Positions 1 to 9,061 of a stretch of 58,452 nucleotides of DNA are shown here, piece by piece (the first letter of the stretch is position 1; each line of letters starts with the position of its first letter). This stretch comes from Candidatus Onthovivens sp. (lineage in GTDB: Bacteria; Bacillota_I; Bacilli_A; RFN20; CAG-826): assembly GCA_034087725.1 (NCBI GenBank), contig JAXDXW010000071.1, positions 1-58,452 of the forward strand, written 5' to 3'. Both the position numbers and the translations under genes were made by a program. The notes under the pieces are model-generated. The model ran no database searches. It had not been told where the DNA came from and saw only the letters and a program-made list of their open reading frames with translations.

Positions 1-262
1 CGCCAATATTTGAGTACTTTTCAATATCAATACCAATGTTTTCATCACTTAAAGCAATTAATAAATATGGCCCCGAATGAGAAATGCTTATAAATTTATT
101 TTCTAATAAAGGCTTTCCACTACTAGAATACTTCACTTCAAGGTTGTTTTCACTGAAAAATACATCTTCTACTTCTTTATAAACCTTAAAATAATTTTTT
201 TTAATAGTTTTTGGAGAATTGATATCTTTTAAACGAATTTTATACAAAAATAAATTAATCAT
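1..262 (-). CDS. 4'-phosphopantetheinyl transferase family protein (Sfp/AcpS-like); 3' end runs off the window
   Basis: Not in the ORF track. Manual translation from ATG at 262, which overlaps the permease stop, gives MINLFLYK...SSSGKPLLENKFISISHSGPYLLIALSDENIGIDIEK. This contains the GKP, SISHS and GxDIE motifs of PPTases. Confidence 0.75.
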   Translation of the reverse strand, partial: MINLFLYKIRLKDINSPKTIKKNYFKVYKEVEDVFFSENNLEVKYSSSGKPLLENKFISISHSGPYLLIALSDENIGIDIEKYSNIG

Positions 263-1703
263 TTTTAATATTTTTTTGAAAAGAAATGTCCATATTATCT
301 GGCAAAATCCAAGATAAAATAAAAGCTATAATGAACATATTCAAAACATTATTTGATAAAATATCTTTTAAATAATTTAATTGAGATAATTCTAAAAATT
401 TAAAAAAGCTACTAACTAATGTTAAGCCGAAACCTAGACATAAAGATAGAGATAAAATTAAAACATTTTTTTGAGAAAAACCAGCTTCAGAGCACATTTG
501 AATTCCAACGACAGCAATTGATCCGAACAGTATAACCATCGTTCCACCAAGAACAGATTCTGGTATTGTGAATAAAAAATTAGCTAAAATAGGGAAAAAA
601 CTGGCAAAAATTAGTAAAAGACTTCCGCAAAAAATAGTGAATCTATTAACAATTTTTGTTTGTGAAACAATGCCAACGTTTTGAGAAAATGTTGTAAGAG
701 GCATCGTTCCAAACATTGCACATATAGCAGAATTAAATCCATCAACAAACAATACACCTGTAATTTCACGATTTGTTGGTTTTCTTTCTAGACCTGATGT
801 ACATAAAGCGTTAGTATCGCCAATGCCTTCAACAACTGCCATCAAAAAACATAAGGTTGTAAGTAATATTGGTACCAAATCGAATTTTAATTTAGAGAAA
901 TCTATTAAATGTGGGTAGGTAATTATATCTTCTACACCTTTAATTGCTAAAGATGAAAAATTTAACATGTTTGGTATGCAAAGAGATACTAAATATCCTA
1001 CTATAATAGCAAAAATTATATTTAAATTTTTCCAAATTCCTTTTGCTAAAAGTTGAAACAATATTGCTGAAAATAAAGTAATAATGCTGACTATAATATA
1101 AAAATAATAAGGGGCAGGGGTTGATTCACCATTTGCTAGTGCTGTTAAAACTGAATTTCCGCCTAAAAATTGTGTTGCGCCTGAAGAAATTAAACTTAAA
1201 CCTATTCCAAAAACAACAACGCAAGGGACTATTTGTTTAAGTAATTTGCCCCGCCATTTAATAAACAGACTCAAGAAAGCAGCGATTAATCCTCCAATTA
1301 AAATAGAACCCATTATTGTATAATAACCAGTTTCCCCTCCACCATAAGAAAGTCCAATAGTAATAAAAACACCTACAAAAGTAAATGAGGTGCCTATTAC
1401 AATAGGAAGTCTTGCACCAAAAAATAATTGAATGATTGTTCCTAATCCTGCCATCAATAGTGAGCCTTGAAGAGCTTGCGTTGCTATTTCAGTATTATTT
1501 ATTCCTATTGCTCCAAATACAATCAAAAGCGGAGTAACATTTGCAACAAACATAGCAAGAACATGCTGAATTCCGAAAGGTATTGCTTTTCTTAATGGAA
1601 CCTTACCATTAATACTGAATAAATTTTCTTCTTTACTATTGCCTTTAAAGATAGACAAAAAACCTTCTTTTAAATCAACAATAAATTCTCTTACTTTTAT
1701 CAT
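255..1703 (-). CDS. Xanthine/uracil permease (NCS2 family)
   Basis: 482-aa multi-TM protein with GIQHVLAMF and the NCS2 signature PLTTFSQNVGIVSQTK. One in-frame CGG at 1251-1253 (KW-CGG-GK). Confidence 0.9.
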   Translation of the reverse strand: MIKVREFIVDLKEGFLSIFKGNSKEENLFSINGKVPLRKAIPFGIQHVLAMFVANVTPLLIVFGAIGINNTEIATQALQGSLLMAGLGTIIQLFFGARLPIVIGTSFTFVGVFITIGLSYGGGETGYYTIMGSILIGGLIAAFLSLFIKWRGKLLKQIVPCVVVFGIGLSLISSGATQFLGGNSVLTALANGESTPAPYYFYIIVSIITLFSAILFQLLAKGIWKNLNIIFAIIVGYLVSLCIPNMLNFSSLAIKGVEDIITYPHLIDFSKLKFDLVPILLTTLCFLMAVVEGIGDTNALCTSGLERKPTNREITGVLFVDGFNSAICAMFGTMPLTTFSQNVGIVSQTKIVNRFTIFCGSLLLIFASFFPILANFLFTIPESVLGGTMVILFGSIAVVGIQMCSEAGFSQKNVLILSLSLCLGFGLTLVSSFFKFLELSQLNYLKDILSNNVLNMFIIAFILSWILPDNMDISFQKNIKND

Positions 1704-1827
1704 ATGTATTTAATTTTACTTTAATTAAATTATTATTGACATAGTCAAATGAAAAAATTTTTAAATTAAAAGAGAAAACTTGATAGTTTTTTAAAAAACC
1801 CTGCAAAAGTCCACTATTTTTTTAAAA

Positions 1828-1848
1828 AACCCGCATACAATGCGGGTT
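1828..1848 (-). terminator. Rho-independent terminator of fucO
   Basis: Inverted repeat AACCCGCA-tacaa-TGCGGGTT, followed by a U-tract on the minus strand. Confidence 0.75.
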
Positions 1849-1870
1849 CTTGTAATCTCCTGGTTGAGCA

Positions 1871-3022
1871 TTATTTCATCAGAGATTTATATAATGAAAT
1901 AATATCTTCTAAAGTAGGATCTTTTGGATTTCCTGGTCTACACGCATCAGCCATAGCTGATTCAGCCAAGAAAGTAATGTCTTCGTCTTTTACAATGCCT
2001 TTTAATGTTTGAGGGATTCCGACATCAATAGCTAATTGTCTAACAGCATCAATAGCAGCTTTTCTATATTCTTCAACGCTCATTGAATCAACATTTTTAA
2101 TCCCCATGGCTCTTGCTATTTCTCTGTATTTTTCTCCAGTAAATTCAGCGTTGTATTCCATAACGGTTGGGAGAATAATTGCATTTGCAATTCCATGTGG
2201 TGTGTCATATAAAGCACCTAATGGATGTGCCATAGAATGGACGATACCAAGCCCAACATTTGAGAAACCCATACCAGCGATGTATTGACCAAGGGCCATT
2301 CCTTCCCTTCCTTCTTTGGTGTTTGCAACTGCTCCTCTTAAATTAGCAGAAATTAATTTAATTGCTTCGAGATGGAACATATCTGATAATTCCCAAGCAC
2401 CTTTTGTGATATATCCTTCAATTGCGTGTGTTAATGCATCCATACCTGTTGCGGCTGTTAAACCTTTAGGCATTGTCTCCATCATCATTGGATCGACAAT
2501 AGCAACAACTGGGATATCATGAGGATCAACACAAACAAACTTTCTATTTTTCTCTACATCAGTAATAACATAGTTGATTGTAACTTCAGCAGCAGTACCT
2601 GCAGTTGTTGGAACTGCGATGGTTGGTACGCAAGGCTTCTTTGTGAGAACTGCACCTTCTAAGCTTCTAACATCAGCATGTTCAGGATTATTGATGATAA
2701 TACCAATAGCTTTAGCAGTATCCATACTACTACCGCCACCAATTGCAATTATGTAGTCTGCTCCACTTTCCTTGTAAGCTTCTACGCCTTCTTGAACATT
2801 TTGAATAGTAGGATTAGCCTTGATTTTCGAATAGATTGCATATTCCAATTTTTCATTATCTAATAAATCTGTAACCTTTTTAACGACGTTGAATCTAATT
2901 AAATCTGGGTCTGCACAAATAAAAGCTTTATGGAAACCTCTATTTTTAATCTCGTCAACTATGCACGAAACACAACCATAGCCATGATAACTTGTTTCGT
3001 TTAAAATAAATCTATTTGCCAT
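1871..3022 (-). CDS. fucO: Lactaldehyde reductase / iron-containing alcohol dehydrogenase
   Basis: N-terminus MANRFILNETSYHG resembles FucO. Fe-ADH motifs GGGSSMD, PTTAGT, GMDALTHAIEGY and HSMAHPL are present. Confidence 0.85.
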   Translation of the reverse strand: MANRFILNETSYHGYGCVSCIVDEIKNRGFHKAFICADPDLIRFNVVKKVTDLLDNEKLEYAIYSKIKANPTIQNVQEGVEAYKESGADYIIAIGGGSSMDTAKAIGIIINNPEHADVRSLEGAVLTKKPCVPTIAVPTTAGTAAEVTINYVITDVEKNRKFVCVDPHDIPVVAIVDPMMMETMPKGLTAATGMDALTHAIEGYITKGAWELSDMFHLEAIKLISANLRGAVANTKEGREGMALGQYIAGMGFSNVGLGIVHSMAHPLGALYDTPHGIANAIILPTVMEYNAEFTGEKYREIARAMGIKNVDSMSVEEYRKAAIDAVRQLAIDVGIPQTLKGIVKDEDITFLAESAMADACRPGNPKDPTLEDIISLYKSLMK

Positions 3023-3126
3023 ATTTTCTCCTTTTTGTTTATTTTAAAATTTTTTTCATAAAAAGTATATCAAACTGAAACATATATTTTTTTATTTAAA
3101 TCATTATTATAAATATATAAATTTGA

Positions 3127-3759
3127 CTAAATTTCTACAAAGAAATTATCAATCTCTTCATAATTTTTGAATTGCAAAGTTTTTGAATCTTTTAAAATAT
3201 CTCTTTGTAGTATAGTTAAGAAAGCAAAATCAATATCAAATTGTCTTGCTGCTTCGTAATCATATAATGTGTCGCCGATAAAAAATAAATCATCCTTTGT
3301 ACAATTATAATGGTCTTTGATAAGTCTTAAACCTTCAGGATTAGGTTTACTTTCTCTAATGTCATCGCCACTTACAATAAAATCAAATAGTCTCTCCATA
3401 CCGAACATTTTCAAACATAAATGTAGTTTTTCTTTACTTTTATTAGTAAAAATGGTCAGGATATATCCTTTTTTAATCAAATTTTGTAAAACATTTATTT
3501 CATTATCAAACAAAAAAATATGGTCTTTGTAGTATTTTGTTGTTCTCGTTAAATATTCATTTTTAATAAAACTAAAATCATAATTTGAGAAATATTTTTT
3601 GTGCGTTACGCTAATTGGGGGTCCACTAAAAGTATTCAAAGCGATGGAAGAAAATTCGCCATTATAAAAATTGTCAAACATCTCTTTCCAAGATAAAAAG
3701 ATCGCTTCATCAGAATTAATTAGTGTGCCATCTAAATCAAAAACTATAATTTTATGCAT
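3127..3759 (-). CDS. HAD-superfamily hydrolase (PpaX/phosphoglycolate phosphatase-like)
   Basis: Motifs FDLDGTL, TNK, KPNP and GDTLYD. Start set at the ATG (3759) overlapping the lgt stop. Confidence 0.85.
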   Translation of the reverse strand: MHKIIVFDLDGTLINSDEAIFLSWKEMFDNFYNGEFSSIALNTFSGPPISVTHKKYFSNYDFSFIKNEYLTRTTKYYKDHIFLFDNEINVLQNLIKKGYILTIFTNKSKEKLHLCLKMFGMERLFDFIVSGDDIRESKPNPEGLRLIKDHYNCTKDDLFFIGDTLYDYEAARQFDIDFAFLTILQRDILKDSKTLQFKNYEEIDNFFVEI

Positions 3760-5212
3760 CTTGAGAGGTTGCTTCAATTTTGTTCTTCTTTCTATCTGTA
3801 TATAGATGTTTATAAAGGATGAAGAAAATTACTATTAGGGCGCCTCCACCAACCATCAAATATGCTGATGTTATGCTAAAGCCATAATAATCTGCAGACG
3901 TTCTAAGAGGTTCTAAAATTACTCGCGTAAAGCCATACCAAATAAGGTATCCTCCAGCTAACGTGCCATCAGCATGGTATTTATCGGCTTTAATGATAGG
4001 ATTATTTTTCTCTTTTGAGAATAAATTTATAAACTTAATAAAATATTTAGAGAAGAAACCTGTTCCAAATCCGTAATAAAGGATAAAATAACCAATTAAA
4101 TTAGTAACTGATTCGATGAAAAATAATGGAAGATAAATTTGATCAGCAGGCAAACTAGTAGAACCATGCTCTGCAAAATGCATGTTATTTTTAATAAAAG
4201 TTGGTAAGAATGAAAAATAGGAAACAGGGACAGGGTATCCATTTACTTCATTATTAAAGAAATTTCCCCATCTACCGATTGCTTGTGCAATTAAAATTGT
4301 AGGAATAATAAAATCGACGAGATGTAAATAATTTATATTTCTATATTCTTTACGTTTCAGACCGTATTTCAAAACAAGCATAGTTGAGACACCTGCGATT
4401 ATACCCAAAATCGCGCCTCCCATAATTCCTAATCCACCAGCTTTAAAATCAAATATCTTAGTCCAATCTTGAACATATTGAGAAGAAGCTCCTGAAGCAC
4501 TTATATCTAAAACGACATACCATAGTCGTGCTCCAATGATTCCTGCTGGAAAAGCTATTAAGAAACAAGTGTATAAAAGTCCATGATAGTGATAAAACTT
4601 ATAGCAGAAATGATCACAAATAAATAGAACCAATATTGCTCCACTTAAGATAAAAAGCGCATATAAAGCAATATTTAAACCACCTAAATTTCCTGTATTC
4701 CTAACTAATATAATTCCTTCTTTTCCTATATGTATGGTATTTGCTAATGGATAGGATAAATATGGTGCATTACCTTCACTAAAAACAATAAAAGAGACTG
4801 CGAAAACAACAGTTGATATAATCCAGGTTGCTTTAAATATTTTTCTAATCTTTAAATCTTCCAAAGGAAGGTAATAACAAAAGAAAAAATTATATATTGC
4901 AGAAAATAACGAAATAACAAAGATAATTCCAAAGAAATAAGTATAAAACTGATGTATAGGTTTGACAGTCAAATTATTCTCTTTAAGCAAATTAATTGTT
5001 GCTTCATCTATATAGAAAGCAACATTTAAAAGTATGAAACCAATCAAAAATAAAACAGTTGCAATAATACAAAAAAGTCCGTATTTTTTGAATAAACCTT
5101 GCAGATCTAAGGTTTTTTTCTTTTTATTCATGAAACCAATTGTTAAAAATAATCCAATGATTCCTAAAATAAAAAACGATAATCCAAAATAATAAGCTAC
5201 ATCATGTGTCAT
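3752..5212 (-). CDS. lgt: Prolipoprotein diacylglyceryl transferase with long N-terminal membrane extension
   Basis: Lgt motifs GARLWYV, GGLGIMGG, AQAIGRWGNFFNNE and YGFTRVILEPLR. About 170 extra N-terminal residues with several TM segments. Confidence 0.9.
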   Translation of the reverse strand: MTHDVAYYFGLSFFILGIIGLFLTIGFMNKKKKTLDLQGLFKKYGLFCIIATVLFLIGFILLNVAFYIDEATINLLKENNLTVKPIHQFYTYFFGIIFVISLFSAIYNFFFCYYLPLEDLKIRKIFKATWIISTVVFAVSFIVFSEGNAPYLSYPLANTIHIGKEGIILVRNTGNLGGLNIALYALFILSGAILVLFICDHFCYKFYHYHGLLYTCFLIAFPAGIIGARLWYVVLDISASGASSQYVQDWTKIFDFKAGGLGIMGGAILGIIAGVSTMLVLKYGLKRKEYRNINYLHLVDFIIPTILIAQAIGRWGNFFNNEVNGYPVPVSYFSFLPTFIKNNMHFAEHGSTSLPADQIYLPLFFIESVTNLIGYFILYYGFGTGFFSKYFIKFINLFSKEKNNPIIKADKYHADGTLAGGYLIWYGFTRVILEPLRTSADYYGFSITSAYLMVGGGALIVIFFILYKHLYTDRKKNKIEATSQDA

Positions 5213-8064
5213 TTTGTTTTCTCCTTTCTTCTTTTATCTTTATCTAAAAGTTCCTTTAAATATTTACCAGTATAAGAATGTGGACAATTTGCGATCTCTT
5301 CAGGCGTACCTAAAGCCACAATTTCCCCGCCTTTATCTCCGCCTTCAGGCCCTATATCAATAACATAATCGGCCATTTTAATAACATCTAAATTATGTTC
5401 TATAACAATTATTGTATCACCGTTGTTAACAATTTCCTCTAATACATTTAATAATCTAGATACATCATCTATATGCAAGCCGGTAGTTGGTTCATCTAGT
5501 ATATAAATAGTTTTACCTGTTGGTTTCTTTTGCAAATAATAGGCAAGTTTAACACGTTGAGCTTCACCTCCAGATAATGTAGTAGCAGGTTGTCCAAGTT
5601 TCATATAACCCAATCCTACATCGAGTAAAGTCTTCAACTTACGAGATAAAGAAACATTTGATTTAAAAAATTCGTAAGCATCTTCTATGGTCATTTCTAA
5701 AACGTCATAAATATTTTTGCCTTTATAAGTGCACGAAAGAGTTTCTTCATTGTATCTTTTGCCATTACACTCATCACATTTTACATAAACATCAGGCAAA
5801 AAATTCATAGGAATTCGTGTAACACCAGCTCCTTGACAATGCTCGCATCTTCCTCCGGGAATGTTAAAACTAAATCTTGATTTATCAAAGCCTTTCGCTT
5901 TTGCTTCAATTGTTTGAGAAAAAAGTTCACGTATATCATCAAACGCTTTGACATATGTTGCAGGATTACTCCTTGGAGTCCTACCAATAGGCTCTTGTGA
6001 AATATTAATAATTTTATCAACAAATTCGCTACCTTCTAATTTCAAAAAAGGTCCAGGGGTAACATTTGCTTTTTCGATTTCCTTCTTAAGCGCGAGATAA
6101 AAAGTTTCATTTACTAAAGAAGATTTCCCACTTCCACTGACTCCTGTTACACATATAAATTTCCCTAAAGGGAACGACACATCGATATTTTTCAAATTAT
6201 TAGTCTTACAACCAGTAATTTTTACAAATTTGCCATTTCCTTTTCGCCTATCTAAAGGAACTGGAATATATTTTTTCTCTGATAAATATGCTCCTGTAAT
6301 TGAACGAGGAGAATTTTCTATATCATTTAAACTACCACAAGCAACAATTTCTCCACCATGAACACCTGCTCCTGGTCCAACATCAACTATATAATCAGCA
6401 GAACGAATCATTTCTTCATCGTGTTCTACTACAATTAAAGTGTTTCCTAAGTCTCTCATTTCTTTTAAAGAATGGATTAACTTTTCACTATCTCTTTGAT
6501 GAAGCCCAATCGATGGTTCATCTAAAACATACAAAACACCACTTAATTTAGAGCCTATTTGTGTGGCAAGCCTAATTCTTTGAGCTTCACCACCACTTAA
6601 TGACATAGATAATCTAGATAAAGTTAAATATTCTAAACCAACATCGAGCAAAAACTTAACGCGATTTTTAATTTCAGCAATAACCAATTCGGCAATTTGA
6701 TATTGATTGGAGGAAATTTTTCCTTGCAAACTGCCAATCCAAGAAAATAAATTGTCTAAAGTTAAACAAGTTACATCATAAATATTTAATCCGTCAATCT
6801 TAATGGATAGAGCTTCTTTTGATAACCTAGCTCCGTTACATGTTGTACAAATTTTATCTTTTAAAAATTTACCATAGTATTCACGATTAAATTCACTTGT
6901 TGTCGAAGAATATAATCTTTCAATTTTTGATTTTAGTCCTTCGATATATGAAGTGCTTTTTTTAGAAATGCCACTAACACTAGTGATTTTATATGAAATA
7001 GGCTCTTTGCTACCATATAAAATTAAATCAACATCTTCTTTCGTTAACTTATTAAATGGTACATCTTTAGGAATATGATAGTGTTCTAATAAAACATTGA
7101 AATTTTGCCAATCTAAATTAGTTGTATTCACGGTGTTTTTATAATAAATTATGGCGCCATCATTAATCGATAAAGTTTTATCAGGAACTAACAAATCAAG
7201 ATCAAGTTCTTGTTTAATCCCTAAACCATTACATGATGGACAGCATCCAAGTGGTGAGTTAAAAGAAAAAAGTCTAGGTTCAAGTTTTGGAACAGTAAAG
7301 CCACATTCTGGACAAGCGTTTTTTTCATTAAAAAGTCTCTCCTTATTTCCAAAATTAACTAAAACAAAACCGTTGGATTGATTTGCCGCCAATTCACAAT
7401 CTTCAAATATTCTCCCACGCATATTATCTTTTAATATGATTCTATCAATGACAATTTCAATGTTATGTCTTTTATTTTTATCAAGTTCTATTTCTTCATC
7501 TAATAATCTATATTCTCCATCTACTCTAACTCTAGCGAAGCCATTCTTCTTAATCTTGTTTAAAGTATCTTTATGAGTGCCTTTTTCATTGCGAATTATA
7601 GGTGCTAGAATTATAATTTTAGTTCCAAGTGGATATTCTAAAATAATATCAGTGATTTTTGCTAACGAAAAAGCAACAATAGGAATATTATGAGTAGGAC
7701 AATAAGGTATACCAATCCTTGCAAAAAGCAATCTAAGATAATCATAAATTTCTGTAACAGTTCCCACTGTTGATCGGGGATTATGAGATGTCGTTTTTTG
7801 ATCAATAGCAATAGCAGGTGATAAACCTTCAATGCTTTCAACATCCGGCTTTTCAAACGAGCCTAAAAATTGACGCGCATAACTAGATAGCGATTCAACA
7901 TATCTTCTTTGACCTTCCGCAAAAATTGTATCGAATGCTAAAGTAGATTTGCCAGAACCACTAAGCCCGCTGAAAACAACTAATTTATTTTTTGGTATTA
8001 CTACATCTACATTTTTTAAATTATTTTCTTTGGCACCTTTAACCCTTATATAATCAATTCCCAT
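5209..8064 (-). CDS. uvrA: Excinuclease ABC subunit A
   Basis: Two ABC modules (GLSGSGKS, GVSGSGKS, LSGGEAQR twice) and zinc fingers; 951 aa; ends in TGA. Confidence 0.98.
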   Translation of the reverse strand: MGIDYIRVKGAKENNLKNVDVVIPKNKLVVFSGLSGSGKSTLAFDTIFAEGQRRYVESLSSYARQFLGSFEKPDVESIEGLSPAIAIDQKTTSHNPRSTVGTVTEIYDYLRLLFARIGIPYCPTHNIPIVAFSLAKITDIILEYPLGTKIIILAPIIRNEKGTHKDTLNKIKKNGFARVRVDGEYRLLDEEIELDKNKRHNIEIVIDRIILKDNMRGRIFEDCELAANQSNGFVLVNFGNKERLFNEKNACPECGFTVPKLEPRLFSFNSPLGCCPSCNGLGIKQELDLDLLVPDKTLSINDGAIIYYKNTVNTTNLDWQNFNVLLEHYHIPKDVPFNKLTKEDVDLILYGSKEPISYKITSVSGISKKSTSYIEGLKSKIERLYSSTTSEFNREYYGKFLKDKICTTCNGARLSKEALSIKIDGLNIYDVTCLTLDNLFSWIGSLQGKISSNQYQIAELVIAEIKNRVKFLLDVGLEYLTLSRLSMSLSGGEAQRIRLATQIGSKLSGVLYVLDEPSIGLHQRDSEKLIHSLKEMRDLGNTLIVVEHDEEMIRSADYIVDVGPGAGVHGGEIVACGSLNDIENSPRSITGAYLSEKKYIPVPLDRRKGNGKFVKITGCKTNNLKNIDVSFPLGKFICVTGVSGSGKSSLVNETFYLALKKEIEKANVTPGPFLKLEGSEFVDKIINISQEPIGRTPRSNPATYVKAFDDIRELFSQTIEAKAKGFDKSRFSFNIPGGRCEHCQGAGVTRIPMNFLPDVYVKCDECNGKRYNEETLSCTYKGKNIYDVLEMTIEDAYEFFKSNVSLSRKLKTLLDVGLGYMKLGQPATTLSGGEAQRVKLAYYLQKKPTGKTIYILDEPTTGLHIDDVSRLLNVLEEIVNNGDTIIVIEHNLDVIKMADYVIDIGPEGGDKGGEIVALGTPEEIANCPHSYTGKYLKELLDKDKRRKEKTK

Positions 8065-8182
8065 AGTTTTAAATTATACTAGAAAATAATTTATTATTCT
8101 TTAAAAAATTACCATTATATTAATTTTGTTCTTATAAATATGAACACATTTAAGGTTTTAGAATATGTTGAATTTTTTATGT

Positions 8183-8908
8183 TTACAAAACATATAAATA
8201 AATTGATATAAATTGTAAAACGCTTCCAGCTAAAACAAAGAAGTGAAAAACAGTATGAAACCAAACACTATACTTTCCACCTAAACCATATAATATAGAA
8301 CCTAATGTATAAGAAATTCCACCAAATAATAGGAGCATAAATCCATTAAATCCAGTTACATCTAAAACCTCTTTAGCAGCAAAAATAATTGTCCAGCCAG
8401 CACAAATATACATTACAAAACTTAATACTTTAAATTTATTAATATTAATTGAATTAAAAACTATTCCAATAGTAACCAATATCCAAACTAAAGCGAAAAT
8501 TATATATCCACAATTCGGAATTACACCATAAAGGGAAGTGTGTCTCAATGATACTAAACAAAAAGGAGTATATGTACCTGATATAAGCAAGTACACAGTA
8601 TCATGATCTATGACTCTCATAACTCTTTTTCCGTTATTCTTTTTTAAAGCATGATAAATACAACTAATTGTATATGTAATAATCAAACTTAAAGAATAGA
8701 TTATTATACTTGTAATCTTGCATACAAAAGATTCATATGACAATTGATTTGAAGGTGGAAGATATCCATCATAACCAGTATTAATTACTTTTAAAAGGCA
8801 TATAATCAAGGATATTATCCCTAAAATAGCACCAAGACCATGAGATATGCTATTCCATAATTCATGACTTAATTTATATGGTGGTAATTCAATTTCTTTA
8901 AGACTCAT
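8183..8908 (-). CDS. Hemolysin III / PAQR family membrane protein
   Basis: Motifs NSISHGLG, SCIYHAL, RVIDHDTVYLLISGTYTP and HTVFHFFVLAG. Confidence 0.9.
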   Translation of the reverse strand: MSLKEIELPPYKLSHELWNSISHGLGAILGIISLIICLLKVINTGYDGYLPPSNQLSYESFVCKITSIIIYSLSLIITYTISCIYHALKKNNGKRVMRVIDHDTVYLLISGTYTPFCLVSLRHTSLYGVIPNCGYIIFALVWILVTIGIVFNSININKFKVLSFVMYICAGWTIIFAAKEVLDVTGFNGFMLLLFGGISYTLGSILYGLGGKYSVWFHTVFHFFVLAGSVLQFISIYLYVL

Positions 8909-8946
8909 AAAAAAACTCCGAATTAGATTTACTAGTATTAAATACT

Positions 8947-8974
8947 ATTATATATAGTTTAAATAAACTATCAA
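8947..8974 (-). promoter_or_regulatory. Sigma-A-type promoter of the hemolysin III gene
   Basis: Minus strand reads TTGATA-N16-TATAAT, about 40 nt upstream of the start codon. Confidence 0.55.
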
Positions 8975-9019
8975 CTTTTTTAATATAAACACTGCAAAAT
9001 CTCACTATTTTTGCAAAAT

Positions 9020-9043
9020 AAAAGCAAGCCGAAGCTTGCTTTT
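9020..9043 (-). terminator. Rho-independent terminator of PFOR
   Basis: AAAAGCAAGC-cgaa-GCTTGCTTTT perfect hairpin, 18 nt past the stop codon. Confidence 0.85.
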
Positions 9044-9061
9044 GTTTACTTTTAATTCTAA

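Noticed and set aside
1704-1870. Purine riboswitch upstream of the xanthine/uracil permease
   Set aside because: The conserved aptamer core is not visible; the only strong hairpin is the fucO terminator.
1871-3022. fucO as evidence for fucose or rhamnose catabolism
   Set aside because: No fuc or rha genes are nearby. A stand-alone Fe-ADH may simply serve fermentative redox balance.
5209-5211. Mycoplasma-type code (TGA = Trp)
   Set aside because: TGA ends uvrA, rfbB (21317-21319) and panT (33507-33509) at their natural C-termini, and long genes have no internal TGA.
7774-7776. CGA also reassigned to Trp
   Set aside because: CGA encodes the conserved Arg in UvrA NPRSTVGT and in RfbB YHRTF.
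8125-8172. LexA (Cheo) box upstream of uvrA
   Set aside because: Only partial GAAC/GTTC half-sites are present, with the wrong spacing or orientation.
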